Shown: positions 51,959 through 60,361, counted from the first letter of the stretch. The stretch: DNA of 64,000 nt from Candidatus Omnitrophica bacterium 4484_213 (GCA_002085025.1 MZGK01000002.1:15341-79340), one strand, 5' to 3'. Program-made: numbers and translations. Notes: a model not told the origin generated them from the letters alone.

Positions 51959-52862
51959 ACCTGTTAAATAATTTCGCTGAAGGTGAAATTCCGCCGCCTA
52001 AGGCGAGGGAATTAACAGGGCAAATCCCTTCATAATCATAAAATCTTCCTCTTAATTGTGAGATGGGAGAAACCACACCAAGCAGGGTTTGAGCGGCAAA
52101 TTTCCCCAATGCGCAAATTATCCGCGGACGGATTATCCTTATTTGCTCTTTTAAATAAGGAAAGCAATTTTTAATCTCCTGAGGTAGAGGATTGCGGTTT
52201 CCCGGCGGTCGGCACTTTAGAATATTGGTAATATAGACATCTTCTCTCTTTAGACCTATGGACTGGATGATTCGGGTAAGGAGTTGTCCGGCTTTACCCA
52301 CGAATGGTTTTCCTTGCCTATCTTCCTCCTCCCCGGGCGCCTCTCCGACAAATAATAGAGAGGCCTCGTTATTTCCCTCGCCAAATACATAATGTGTTCT
52401 AGTTCTGGCAAGTGGGCACTTTGTACATTGGTGAACTATTTGAGAAAGAAGCTCGAGCTCTTGAGAAGAAGAAATAGAAGGATCAACTTCTTTCCCCTGA
52501 GTGGCTTTCAAAAACAAACCAATCTTGGGTTTGCGGCAGTCGCAACCATCTTCTTCGCGATGCGGGCAGTAATAGACCTCCATCTTTCCCCCTTCTCTTT
52601 TTACCTCTTCAATCATTCGTCGGGTAATCTCGTTTAGGGACTCCTGACTATAAATTCCCTTAGCTATTCCCGATTGATTAGAGATAACCTTAATTTCGTA
52701 CCCCTCTTCAGTCAATCTGCGGATTGCTTTTAAAGCATTGGGCAGAAAATGAAATTCCTCCCATCGAGTAACAAATTTTCTCTCGCCGGGATATCTATTA
52801 ATCACTCCATCGCGGTCTAAAAAGAGTATTTTTTGCATATTAGGTCCTTCGCTCAGGATCAC
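51957..52862 (-). CDS. Fusion protein: HAD-superfamily phosphatase (GmhB / DNA 3'-phosphatase-like) N-terminal domain plus family-4 uracil-DNA glycosylase C-terminal domain
   Basis: FLDRDGVIN...ISNQSGIAKG...YYCPHREEDGCDCRKP (HAD with GmhB-type zinc motif), then CTKCPLA...GEGNNEASLLFVGEAPGEEED...GKAG (UDG family 4). Confidence 0.7.
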   Translation of the reverse strand: MILSEGPNMQKILFLDRDGVINRYPGERKFVTRWEEFHFLPNALKAIRRLTEEGYEIKVISNQSGIAKGIYSQESLNEITRRMIEEVKREGGKMEVYYCPHREEDGCDCRKPKIGLFLKATQGKEVDPSISSSQELELLSQIVHQCTKCPLARTRTHYVFGEGNNEASLLFVGEAPGEEEDRQGKPFVGKAGQLLTRIIQSIGLKREDVYITNILKCRPPGNRNPLPQEIKNCFPYLKEQIRIIRPRIICALGKFAAQTLLGVVSPISQLRGRFYDYEGICPVNSLALGGGISPSAKLFNR

Positions 52863-52890
52863 CCAGCACTTTCAGAAAGTGCTGGGTGGT
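52861..52890. other. Short family-3-type hairpin cccagcactttc-a-gaaagtgctggg overlapping the 3' end of tRNA-Arg
   Basis: Seen directly. It shares the CCCAGCAC/GTGCTGGG stem of the long IR elements. Confidence 0.5.
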
Positions 52891-52962
52891 GCCCCTAACC
52901 TGATTTGAACAGGTACTTCTGGCTCCGGAGGCCAGCGCTCTATCCAATTAGGCTATAGGGGC
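52887..52962 (-). tRNA. tRNA-Arg (anticodon CCG)
   Basis: Reverse complement GCCCCTATAGCCTAATTGGATAGAGCGCTGGCCTCCGGAGCCAGAAGTACCTGTTCAAATCAGGTTAGGGGCACCA. Anticodon loop CTCCGGA, encoded CCA. Confidence 0.85.
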
Positions 52963-53258
52963 AAACAAACTTCAAGCTACAGGCTTCAGGCTTTAAGTTT
53001 TTTGTTTTTAACTTGCAGCTTGCGGCTTGTAGCTTCAAGCTTGTAGCATTTATATTATCTCAATTAGAGAAAAAAGTCAAACAGAAACAAAAAAGGACAG
53101 ATTATCTGCCCTTTTATAATACCAAACTCAATGCAAAATCTGGGTAACCCCTTCGAAATTGGTTTGCCCCGTTAGACAACTTTATTGAGAATAACATTAC
53201 CCCAGCAAGGTGTCAATGTATCTATTTTAGAATAGAAGTTATCTAATAGGGAGAATCA

Positions 53259-53738
53259 TCAACTATCCGATTGAAAATCCGATACCTTAAAGAACAACCA
53301 ATTCTTATCCTCGCTTAATTTGGGCCTTAATTTTAGCAAACAATAATTGCCTCTCAATCTATCTCCCTTTAATTCAAAGATTATTTTTTGAGGACCCCAC
53401 TCCTGCAAAGCATAACTCCCTTTATCCCAAATCTTCACTTTGCCGGCACCGTATAATCCATGAGGAATTTCTCCGGCAAAATCTGCGTAATCTAATGGAT
53501 GGTCTTCTACCTGGATTGCCAGACGTTTAATATTAAACTCTGTGGGCGGCTGCTTAGGAATAGCCCAGCTCTTCAGAACTCCATCTTTTTCCAAACGAAA
53601 GTCATAATGCAAGTGAGTTGCCTCGTGTCTTTGGATAACAAATATTGGTTCTTTTCCTCGTTTGAATTTTCTGGTTGCTTGTGGCTCAGGGGATTTGCTA
53701 AAATCGCGTTTTTTAAAATACTCGGTTAACTTTTCCAT
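53259..53738 (-). CDS. Stand-alone LigD-type 3'-phosphoesterase (PE) domain protein
   Basis: KRDFSKSPEP...FVIQRHEATHLHYDFRLEKDGVLKSWAIPK matches the LigD PE module; no ligase or Ku gene adjacent. Confidence 0.7.
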   Translation of the reverse strand: MEKLTEYFKKRDFSKSPEPQATRKFKRGKEPIFVIQRHEATHLHYDFRLEKDGVLKSWAIPKQPPTEFNIKRLAIQVEDHPLDYADFAGEIPHGLYGAGKVKIWDKGSYALQEWGPQKIIFELKGDRLRGNYCLLKLRPKLSEDKNWLFFKVSDFQSDS

Positions 53739-54651
53739 CGGAGAGAATTTCGTTCAGGGCATCTATCCCCTTTTTCTCAAGGTCCTGAACAAACCTCTGA
53801 AAAATCCTCTGCGTTGTTCGCACATCGCCCATTGCCCGATGTTCTTGTTCATAGTCAATCTCAATACCTAAAGAGCGAGCAATGCTTCCCAGATTATTAC
53901 TCCAGAAGTCAAAATAGCGGCGAGCAAGGGACAGCGTATCTACTATCGGGCAGGAAGGAAGGGGTAGATTAAGGACATTAAGTTCAGCCTTCAGAAAACC
54001 CATATCAAAGAAAGCATTATGACAAACAATAACTGTTCCTTCTAACCTCTTTAATATATCCTTGGCAACCTCGCTGAATCTGGGTTTGCCCCTTAGCATC
54101 TGGGGGGTTATTCTGTTTACGGCATAAGCCCCTTCTGAGATCGGACGTCCGGGGTCAATAAGGGTATGAAAAGAAGAAACATCCTTACCATTACGGCTTT
54201 TTAGAATAGCAACTTCACAAATTTTGTCTCCATTATAATGTTCCAGCCCGGTCGTCTCCACATCAAAAAAAGCAAAAGTAACATCCTTCATCATTTGTTT
54301 TTTTTTTCTACTCTTCATCCCGGGGGCCAGCTTAGCTTTCTTCCCCCTAATAGATGAAGGTGAATATGAAAAACCGCTTGCATCCTTGTTGTTGTTTAAC
54401 ACCAAACGATAGCCACTCTCGGCTATTCCTTTTTCTTCGGCGAGTTTTTTAGCAGTAAAGATGAGTTCGGAGATGATATCTTTATGCGATTCTTCTAAAT
54501 CGGAAATTCGAGAAATGTGTTTTTTAGGAATGATAAGGATATGCACCGGCGCTTGGGGATTAATGTCCTTAAAAGCCAAAACCTTCTCGTTTTCATAGAG
54601 AATATCAGCAGGAATCTGCTTTGCTATTATTCTGCAGAAAAGGCAATTCAT
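53713..54651 (-). CDS. Fusion protein: HIT-family hydrolase N-terminal domain plus DnaQ-like (DEDDh) 3'-5' exonuclease C-terminal domain
   Basis: N-terminus HIT fold (ILYENEKVLAFKDINPQAPVHILIIPKKHI). C-terminus FAFFDVETTGL...VCHNAFFDMGFL exonuclease motifs I-III. Confidence 0.65.
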   Translation of the reverse strand: MNCLFCRIIAKQIPADILYENEKVLAFKDINPQAPVHILIIPKKHISRISDLEESHKDIISELIFTAKKLAEEKGIAESGYRLVLNNNKDASGFSYSPSSIRGKKAKLAPGMKSRKKKQMMKDVTFAFFDVETTGLEHYNGDKICEVAILKSRNGKDVSSFHTLIDPGRPISEGAYAVNRITPQMLRGKPRFSEVAKDILKRLEGTVIVCHNAFFDMGFLKAELNVLNLPLPSCPIVDTLSLARRYFDFWSNNLGSIARSLGIEIDYEQEHRAMGDVRTTQRIFQRFVQDLEKKGIDALNEILSDGKVNRVF

Positions 54652-54661
54652 TGCTTCCTCC

Positions 54662-55435
54662 TCATAATCTTACCTCCATATCATCTTGGCCGGAGAATGT
54701 ATTGGGAAATATTTTTTTCGCCTCTCTTTCGGCTCTTTTTCTATCGGCTAAAGTCGGATAAAAATGGGGATTAAAATGAATAAGGGCTAATTCTTTGGCA
54801 GAAGCCTTTTGGGCTATCTGGGCAGCTGTTTGCGGATTTAGATGCGGCCAATCCTCTTTAGTCTCACCTACTTTTAAAGAACATTCGCAGAGCAGTAAAT
54901 CGGCATCCTCGGCTAATCTTAGAGCGTTATCGCAGATTCCCGTATCCAAGCAATAGGCGATAATTTTATTATCTATCTCCAGGCGATACCCAAAACAGGG
55001 TACAGAATGAAGAAGCGCCCACCCTTCAACAAAAAAGGGTAAATCTTCCTTGTCCTCTCCCAGTCTGGTAGAGCGCCCCTCTTTAACTTCAAAGAGTTTT
55101 ACCGAATAAGGCAATTCATCCAAAGCCACTGTATAAGGAAAAGAGATAATCTTATTTAAAATTTCCTTTATCCCTTTATAGCCGTAGATTCTAAGCCCCT
55201 GGGGAAATTTGAATTTATTTAAACTGTGCAGACCAGTAATATGGTCTAAATGAAAATGACTCAGAAAAAGATAGATGGGCTTCTGAGTCTTGATAAATCT
55301 ATCAATTTTATAAAGACCATCCCCCGCGTCAAGAATAATATAGCAATCCTTGCTTTCTATAAGGATGCAGGTTGTATTCCCTATGCTTGTATTGAACCAA
55401 CCGTTTGTTCCCAAAAAAATAATTCTTAGCTTCAC
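54662..55435 (-). CDS. Metallo-beta-lactamase-fold hydrolase (RNase Z / nuclease-like)
   Basis: LSHFHLDH metal-binding motif and the MBL fold. Confidence 0.65.
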   Translation of the reverse strand: MKLRIIFLGTNGWFNTSIGNTTCILIESKDCYIILDAGDGLYKIDRFIKTQKPIYLFLSHFHLDHITGLHSLNKFKFPQGLRIYGYKGIKEILNKIISFPYTVALDELPYSVKLFEVKEGRSTRLGEDKEDLPFFVEGWALLHSVPCFGYRLEIDNKIIAYCLDTGICDNALRLAEDADLLLCECSLKVGETKEDWPHLNPQTAAQIAQKASAKELALIHFNPHFYPTLADRKRAEREAKKIFPNTFSGQDDMEVRL

Positions 55436-55686
55436 TCTGTTACTTTATAGACCTTATCGTGCTCATGCACTCTTTGGTTAACCTTGATTCCCACCTGGTC
55501 CCCGGGCTTCCCTTCCTGCACCTCTTGATGCTCAATCTGGAGAGAGTCTACTCTCTGGCTGAAATCGCTGGTATGTCCTTTGATATGGATGGTATCGCCA
55601 AGTTTTAGGACATCGGTCAAAGCAATTATCCCTACACCAATCTTGCCAAAATAATGAGTAATCGTACCGATTTCTTTTTCTTCCAT
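55432..55686 (-). CDS. Small beta-barrel protein resembling EF-Tu domain 2
   Basis: GTITHYFGKIGVGIIALTDVLKLGDTIHIKG; weak family assignment. Confidence 0.35.
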   Translation of the reverse strand: MEEKEIGTITHYFGKIGVGIIALTDVLKLGDTIHIKGHTSDFSQRVDSLQIEHQEVQEGKPGDQVGIKVNQRVHEHDKVYKVTE

Positions 55687-55688
55687 TT

Positions 55689-55765
55689 TTAATAAGCACG
55701 CAACTTACGGCACGCCTACCTAACGGCAGGAAGTGCTCGTAAATCACTGTGCGCATTCCGTCATC
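55689..55765. other. Truncated family-3 leader (agcacg-caacttacgg...aagtgctcgtaaatcactgtgcgcattcc) abutting the start of the small beta-barrel gene
   Basis: The first 20 nt upstream of the ATG (gcgtgcttattaaaaATG) are identical to the ptsN leader at 25288. Confidence 0.55.
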
Positions 55766-55818
55766 GCCAAGGATCTGGCGGAGAGAAAAGCAGGCACTCA
55801 TCTAAATTATGGTTTCAT

Positions 55819-56238
55819 TTACCCCAACGTTTCAATCGCCTTATCATTATCTTCAACCTTCAAAATAAAACGACAGGGAGAAGTGCCCTCAGAAACAGTG
55901 CCATAGCAATACAGTAGATTAACACCTGCTGACTTTAATTTCGCCCCAATCTGGCTCAGTGCACCTATCTTATTTTCTAAATCAATCCTTACAACTTCTT
56001 CCTCTTCAACCTGCCACCCCTTTGTTTTAAGAGCGGGGATAACTTTCTGATTTTCCGAAGTAATGATGTAAAACTTCGCTTTTCCCTCTAAACCATGGGC
56101 ATTGATTGCTTCAATATTTACATCTGCCTCGCTTATGGCTTGACTTACCTCGGAAAGCATCCCAGCCTTATCTTCCGTAGTTATAACTAATTGACTTATC
56201 TTTATACCTGACTTCGGTTCAGGTCCTCTTTCTGTCAT
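55819..56238 (-). CDS. Tandem ACT-domain protein
   Basis: Two beta-alpha-beta-beta-alpha-beta modules (IKISQLVITTEDKAGMLSEV...; VRIDLENKIGALSQIGAKL...). Confidence 0.55.
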   Translation of the reverse strand: MTERGPEPKSGIKISQLVITTEDKAGMLSEVSQAISEADVNIEAINAHGLEGKAKFYIITSENQKVIPALKTKGWQVEEEEVVRIDLENKIGALSQIGAKLKSAGVNLLYCYGTVSEGTSPCRFILKVEDNDKAIETLG

Positions 56239-56253
56239 TTACACCTCCTTTCC

Positions 56254-57138
56254 TTACTCGCGAAGCGAGAGCCGAAGTTCCCCGTAGGGGAACTGAGGAT
56301 AGGAAATCTGCAAAGCAGATTTCCGCTTTTGTTTTTTTCCTTTCCTTACTAACGGACAACGCCCACAATCAGGTTTTGTCTTTTTGCAGATATCCTTTCC
56401 TAGACGCACAAAAAGGGCGTGGAACTCGTTGAACAATTGAGCATCTAAAGGTAGGTTCTGCATAAAAAGCTGTTGAATCTCCTGATAATCTGCCTTCTCG
56501 GAAATCAATTGGAGACGCGATAATATCCGGCGGGTATAAGCATCCACCACAAACACTGCTCTATTTCCCGCATAAAGCAAAATAGAATCGGCGGTCTCCC
56601 GACCAATACCTTTAATCTCCAATAACTCCTGACGGAGAAGATGCGTCTCTTTTTTAAACATCCTTTTGACACTACCGCCGTAATTAATAAACAGAAAATC
56701 TATAAACGCCTTCAGCTTTTTTGCTTTTTCATTAAAATAACCCGCAGAACGAATTGCCTTGGCTAAATCTTCGAGCGGCACATCCCTTAACCCTCGCGCC
56801 GAAAGCAACCCTTGTTCTTTGAGATTTCTGATCGCTTTCTCCACATTTGTCCAGGCCGTATTCTGGGTCAAGATTGCTCCGGCAATTATCTCAAGGGAAT
56901 CTTCTCCAGGCCACCAATTTTGTGGACCAAATGCCTTGTAGAGCCGCTGATAAATTGTCTGGATTTTCACCATCTCTTTCCCCCCTATAAAAACAGCAGA
57001 TTCCCGCCTGGATCTAAAAAGAGAAGAGAATCTCCCGCCATCTCCCTTTAACATCCTGCGCGATAACTTTAAATTTATACCAATATCTTTATTCAAACTA
57101 TTATCTATGAGAAGTGCACCTTTTCTTTTATTTTCCAA
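56254..57138 (-). CDS. HhH-GPD base-excision glycosylase (endonuclease III-like). The N-terminal about 57 aa and the C-terminal about 12 aa of the ORF are probably spurious (C-terminus is repeat-derived)
   Basis: GPQNWWPGEDSLEIIAGAILTQNTAWTNVEKAI...IKGIGRETADSILLYA HhH-GPD motifs. The C-terminal ...FPYGELRLSLRE is a translation of the family-4 unit. Confidence 0.65.
   Translation of the reverse strand: MENKRKGALLIDNSLNKDIGINLKLSRRMLKGDGGRFSSLFRSRRESAVFIGGKEMVKIQTIYQRLYKAFGPQNWWPGEDSLEIIAGAILTQNTAWTNVEKAIRNLKEQGLLSARGLRDVPLEDLAKAIRSAGYFNEKAKKLKAFIDFLFINYGGSVKRMFKKETHLLRQELLEIKGIGRETADSILLYAGNRAVFVVDAYTRRILSRLQLISEKADYQEIQQLFMQNLPLDAQLFNEFHALFVRLGKDICKKTKPDCGRCPLVRKGKKQKRKSALQISYPQFPYGELRLSLRE
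56262..56360 (+). ncRNA. Family-4 structured unit (ccttactcgcgaagcgag-AGCCGAAG-ttccccgtaggggaa-CTGAGGATAG-gaaatctgcaaagcagatttc-cgcttttgttttttt) plus abortive start of a second unit
   Basis: On the plus strand it ends in a canonical hairpin-plus-T7 intrinsic terminator. Its reverse complement ends ...CGCGAGTAAGGAAAGGAGGTGTAAATG, i.e. the SD and start of the ACT-domain gene. Confidence 0.65.
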
Positions 57139-57465
57139 TACCCTTTGAAAATCAAGGCGTGAATTTCCTTTGTTTTTCGCTTAAGATGGATCTTTTGACA
57201 TTGATATACAATTCCCTGATTTTTATTTACCTCCCATTTACTTTGAAATGTAAGGGTGCTTATCTCTCCTATTCTTTAATTAGCCGATTATAGGAACCTA
57301 TTTCATCTCTTACTTTTGTCATAAATTATGCCTCACAGATTAAATGCAGATTGCACAATTCTCTATCGTATTTTTATCGCTGTAATCAGCATCGGATTGA
57401 AAATCCGGTGCAATAAAAAACCTTCGCAAAAACAGCAAAGGTTTTTTCATAATTCACTAAAAAAT

Positions 57466-57545
57466 ATGGCCGGCTAAACCCCGTTAGAAACGTTGCCAAA
57501 TAATTTCATTTTGGAAGGGATCCCTAACGGGGTAAACCGGCCTCT
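57466..57545 (-). terminator. Long REP-like hairpin (ggccggctaaaccccgttag ... ctaacggggtaaaccggcc) followed on the minus strand by a U-run: cspA terminator
   Basis: About 20-bp arms of the GTTTACCCCGTTAG family. Minus-strand sequence after the hairpin is atatttttt. Confidence 0.6.
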
Positions 57546-57558
57546 TTGTCTTTTTAGG

Positions 57559-57759
57559 TTATAACTTCACTACATTTGTGGCTTGTTCACCTTTAGAGCT
57601 TTGCTCGATATCAAACTCAACCTCCTGGCCTTCCTCCAAAGACTTAAAACCTTCACCCTGAATTGCACTATAATGTACAAATATGTCATTGCCTCCCTCA
57701 GGGGTAATAAATCCATAACCTTTCTGGTTGCTGAACCATTTCACCTTTCCTCTTGCCAT
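57559..57759 (-). CDS. cspA: Cold-shock protein
   Basis: [33 protein letters not shown] (RNP1/RNP2 motifs). 66 aa. Confidence 0.9.
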   Translation of the reverse strand: MARGKVKWFSNQKGYGFITPEGGNDIFVHYSAIQGEGFKSLEEGQEVEFDIEQSSKGEQATNVVKL

Positions 57760-57770
57760 TACTTATTTCA

Positions 57771-58040
57771 CCTCCTTTCCTTACTCGCGAAGCGAGAGCC
57801 GAAGTTCCCCGTAGGGGAACTGAGGATAGGAAATCTGCAAAGCAGATTTCCGCTTTTGTCTTTTTCTTTCCTTACTCGCGAAGCGAGAGCCGAAGCCAGC
57901 CAATTTCCTTTTAAGGACAATAGAGAAGTTGTCCCTAATAATACCTGTAGCTTTAGCGCAGGTAGGCTGAGGATGGTCCCGAAGTTTCGGGGGGAATGGA
58001 GCAGGATAAATCTACTCTGCAAATTTCGCTCTCGTTTCCC
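57771..58040 (+). ncRNA. Two tandem family-4 structured units forming the long 5' leader of cspA (minus strand); the second unit is expanded with extra hairpins
   Basis: Unit A 57771-57866 is identical in its core to 56262-56345. Unit B 57867-58040 keeps ctcgcgaagcgag-agccgaag and ctgaggatgg but has a larger variable region including the ggacaATAGAGAAGTTgtcc hairpin. The reverse complement of the junction gives CGCGAGTAAGGAAAGGAGGTGAAATAAGTAATGGCAAGA (SD plus cspA start). Confidence 0.65.
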
Positions 58041-58044
58041 TAAT

Positions 58045-58140
58045 AAAACGAGTATAGCATATACTATTTTTTTCTACTTGTCAACCCTGTTAAATAACCT
58101 GGGGCAATTCGCCATAGGCGAATTATTTAACAGGGTTGAC
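58045..58140 (-). promoter_or_regulatory. Candidate cspA promoter (minus strand TTGACA-N17-TATGCT) overlapped by a 19-bp perfect inverted repeat ttgtcaaccctgttaaataa ... ttatttaacagggttgac with inner hairpin ggcaattcgcc/ggcgaattatt
   Basis: The motifs are visible. The -35 hexamer is part of the palindrome arm, a classic operator arrangement. Confidence 0.4.
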
Positions 58141-58154
58141 TAAATTAATCTAAA

Positions 58155-58328
58155 AATTATTCTATCTCCTCAAATTCCACATCCACAGCATCTTTGTAAT
58201 TAGATTTATCATTCTTGTTTCTCTTGTGATAACCTTTATGGCTAAAAGTTTCTTTCCCTAAAATAAGCTTAAACAGAAAACGAAATAATAAATAAAGAAG
58301 CAACAATCTCACGATCAAACTTACCATT
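58155..58328 (-). CDS. Small membrane protein (57 aa), not in the supplied ORF track
   Basis: Reverse-complement [59 protein letters not shown], preceded by a strong SD GGGGGAGGG 7 nt upstream. Confidence 0.35.
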
Positions 58329-58415
58329 TTTACCCTCCCCCCTACCTTACTTCCACCGCCCAGGTGAGGTAATTGCGAAGTAGGAGTTTAAATTACGAAC
58401 TCTCACGGTGTAAAT

Positions 58416-59270
58416 CTAATCAAAAATAACGGTTTTATTATTATAGACAAGAATTTTTCTCTCTAAATGCCACCTCACGGCGCGACCCAAAACTATCTTC
58501 TCTAAATCTTGACCTTTTCTTATTAAGTCATCGAGAGAATCCCGATGGCTTATCCTGATAGTATCTTGCTCAATAATTGGGCCGGCATCCAACTTTTTTA
58601 TAAGGTAATGGCTGGTAGCACCGATAATCTTAACTCCTTTTTCGTAGGCTTGTTTGTAAGGTTGGCTACCTGCAAATGCAGGAAGGAAAGAATGGTGGAT
58701 GTTTATAATTTGCTCCGGAAATTCTTCTACAAATTGTTTGCTAAGAATCTGAGTGTATCTCGCCAGAACAATAAGGTCAATCTCTTCCTGTTTTAATAGC
58801 GCTATTTCCCTCTTCTCTTGTTGCAACTTATTTTCCTTAGTAATAGGGAACTCTACAAATCTGATACCGAAACTATCGGCGGTTTCCTTGGCAAGGGAGT
58901 GATTACTTATAATTAAAGGCAGTTCACAATTTAGCTCACTCCCTTTAAAGCGCAAGAGCAGGTCGTGGAGACAGTGTTCATATTTAGAGACAAAAATAGC
59001 CATACGCATGACTTTATCAGCGAAGTGAAGTGCCCAGCGCATTTTGAACCTATCTGCCAAGGGTCTAAAACTTTCAGCAATCTTACCCTTCTCGATTTTA
59101 AAATCCTTCAGTGACCATTCAATTCTCATAAAGAAGGTATTGGTCTGAGAATCTATATGCTGGTCGGCGTGTTCTATATTGCCGTTATTTTGATATATAA
59201 AATTAGCAACACTGGCGGTGATTCCTTTTGTATCCGGGCAGGAAATAAGAAGCATGGCATTATTATTCAT
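58416..59270 (-). CDS. purU: Formyltetrahydrofolate deformylase
   Basis: N-terminal ACT domain (MLLISCPDTKGITASVANFI) plus formyltransferase core (HHSFLPAFAG). Confidence 0.85.
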   Translation of the reverse strand: MNNNAMLLISCPDTKGITASVANFIYQNNGNIEHADQHIDSQTNTFFMRIEWSLKDFKIEKGKIAESFRPLADRFKMRWALHFADKVMRMAIFVSKYEHCLHDLLLRFKGSELNCELPLIISNHSLAKETADSFGIRFVEFPITKENKLQQEKREIALLKQEEIDLIVLARYTQILSKQFVEEFPEQIINIHHSFLPAFAGSQPYKQAYEKGVKIIGATSHYLIKKLDAGPIIEQDTIRISHRDSLDDLIRKGQDLEKIVLGRAVRWHLERKILVYNNKTVIFD

Positions 59271-59368
59271 AACAAATTCAAACCCTCCTTAAATTTCTTG
59301 GTAATCCAATTCAATCGGGAGCTCAAAAATATCCCGTCTAATTGGCTCGCGTTTTTTCTTGCTTTTTC

Positions 59369-59824
59369 CTATTCCCCTATCAAATGCGGAATTACTATCC
59401 ACAAAAGATACCAGTTTTCTTCCTTCTCCAGAGAGACAACTCCCCCGGGATAAAATTTAATCAAATTTAGGTCCTTATTTCCTGATAAGAGCAGAGAGGC
59501 TAAACTTGCCAAAAAAGGCAAGTGCCCGACGAGCATTAAATCTAAATTAGATTTAATAATCTCCGAGGGAAGTTTCTCCACCGGGTCAAGGGGATTAATA
59601 TCCTCTCTTTCAACCAGATCTTCACCTATACCTACCTCCTTAAAAATCTGAGCAGTTTGAATTGCTCTCAACTTCTTGCTATGCCAGATGCAATCTATTT
59701 TTACCTTTCCTTTTAGAAAATTCGCTATTTTAAAAACATCTGTTTTTCCTTTTTCAGATAAGGGTCGCTCTGGAGCAGTTTCCTTAGATAAAGCCTCTCC
59801 ATGTTGAACTAAATACAACCTCAT
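59369..59824 (-). CDS. sixA: Phosphohistidine phosphatase SixA-like (histidine phosphatase superfamily)
   Basis: LYLVQHGEA...RAIQTAQI...LVGHLPFL (RHG-like catalytic His context). Confidence 0.65.
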   Translation of the reverse strand: MRLYLVQHGEALSKETAPERPLSEKGKTDVFKIANFLKGKVKIDCIWHSKKLRAIQTAQIFKEVGIGEDLVEREDINPLDPVEKLPSEIIKSNLDLMLVGHLPFLASLASLLLSGNKDLNLIKFYPGGVVSLEKEENWYLLWIVIPHLIGE

Positions 59825-59855
59825 TCTTCACCTCCTTTTCCAGCTTTAGTTTATT

Positions 59856-60200
59856 TTAACAGGTAAGATGAAAAGCGCCTACTGCTTTTTTACCCTTCTC
59901 AATATACTCGTTAAAAATCTGATAAGCTTGGCTGATATTCTTCTCAATGAGCTCTATCTGCTTATCTTTAAGCACTTTCTTGGTGCACTTAGGTATATCT
60001 ACAGCGCCGTACGCCCCCGTGCCAACTATCAACACCTCTGGTTTATAATCTATCACTTCTTTTAAATCCTCTATTGCTAAACACTGCCCTTCCCTCCGCC
60101 ACCAGTTGGTCCTGACTCTTTCAGGAAAAATAATCAAATCTCTATTATATACCTTGCTATCAATGGTCATCAAACCGAATGAGTAGGTCTCAATTTTCAT
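59856..60200 (-). CDS. Mth938-like (DUF498) domain protein
   Basis: Weak family recognition (EVLIVGTGAYGAVDIP). Confidence 0.4.
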   Translation of the reverse strand: MKIETYSFGLMTIDSKVYNRDLIIFPERVRTNWWRREGQCLAIEDLKEVIDYKPEVLIVGTGAYGAVDIPKCTKKVLKDKQIELIEKNISQAYQIFNEYIEKGKKAVGAFHLTC

Positions 60201-60361
60201 CTTTGATTAATTCAAATAGAGATATTCATTATGGAACGCTCATTTTCCCTCTCGTTTTAACCAAGGGAAGTTTTATCACCATCCTCTTCGTTTCTTCTGT
60301 AACATTGGCTGTGATAGTTAAGACACTGACAATCAACAAAGATAGAATCTTTTTCTGCATC

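Noticed and set aside
52963-53060. agcttcaagc / gcttgtagc direct and inverted repeats upstream of tRNA-Arg as a distinct repeat family
   Set aside because: Only one locus and low complexity. More likely part of the tRNA promoter/UP region. Mentioned only for completeness.
56310-56340. CUGAGGA as the hammerhead ribozyme core (CUGANGA)
   Set aside because: The following hairpin is not followed by GAAA and a stem III. I could not build the three-stem junction on either strand or across unit junctions.
57583-58143. 186-aa plus-strand ORF
   Set aside because: Antisense to cspA and then a read-through of the repeat units (peptide REPKFPVGELRIGNLQ), with no SD. Artefact of low-complexity repeats.
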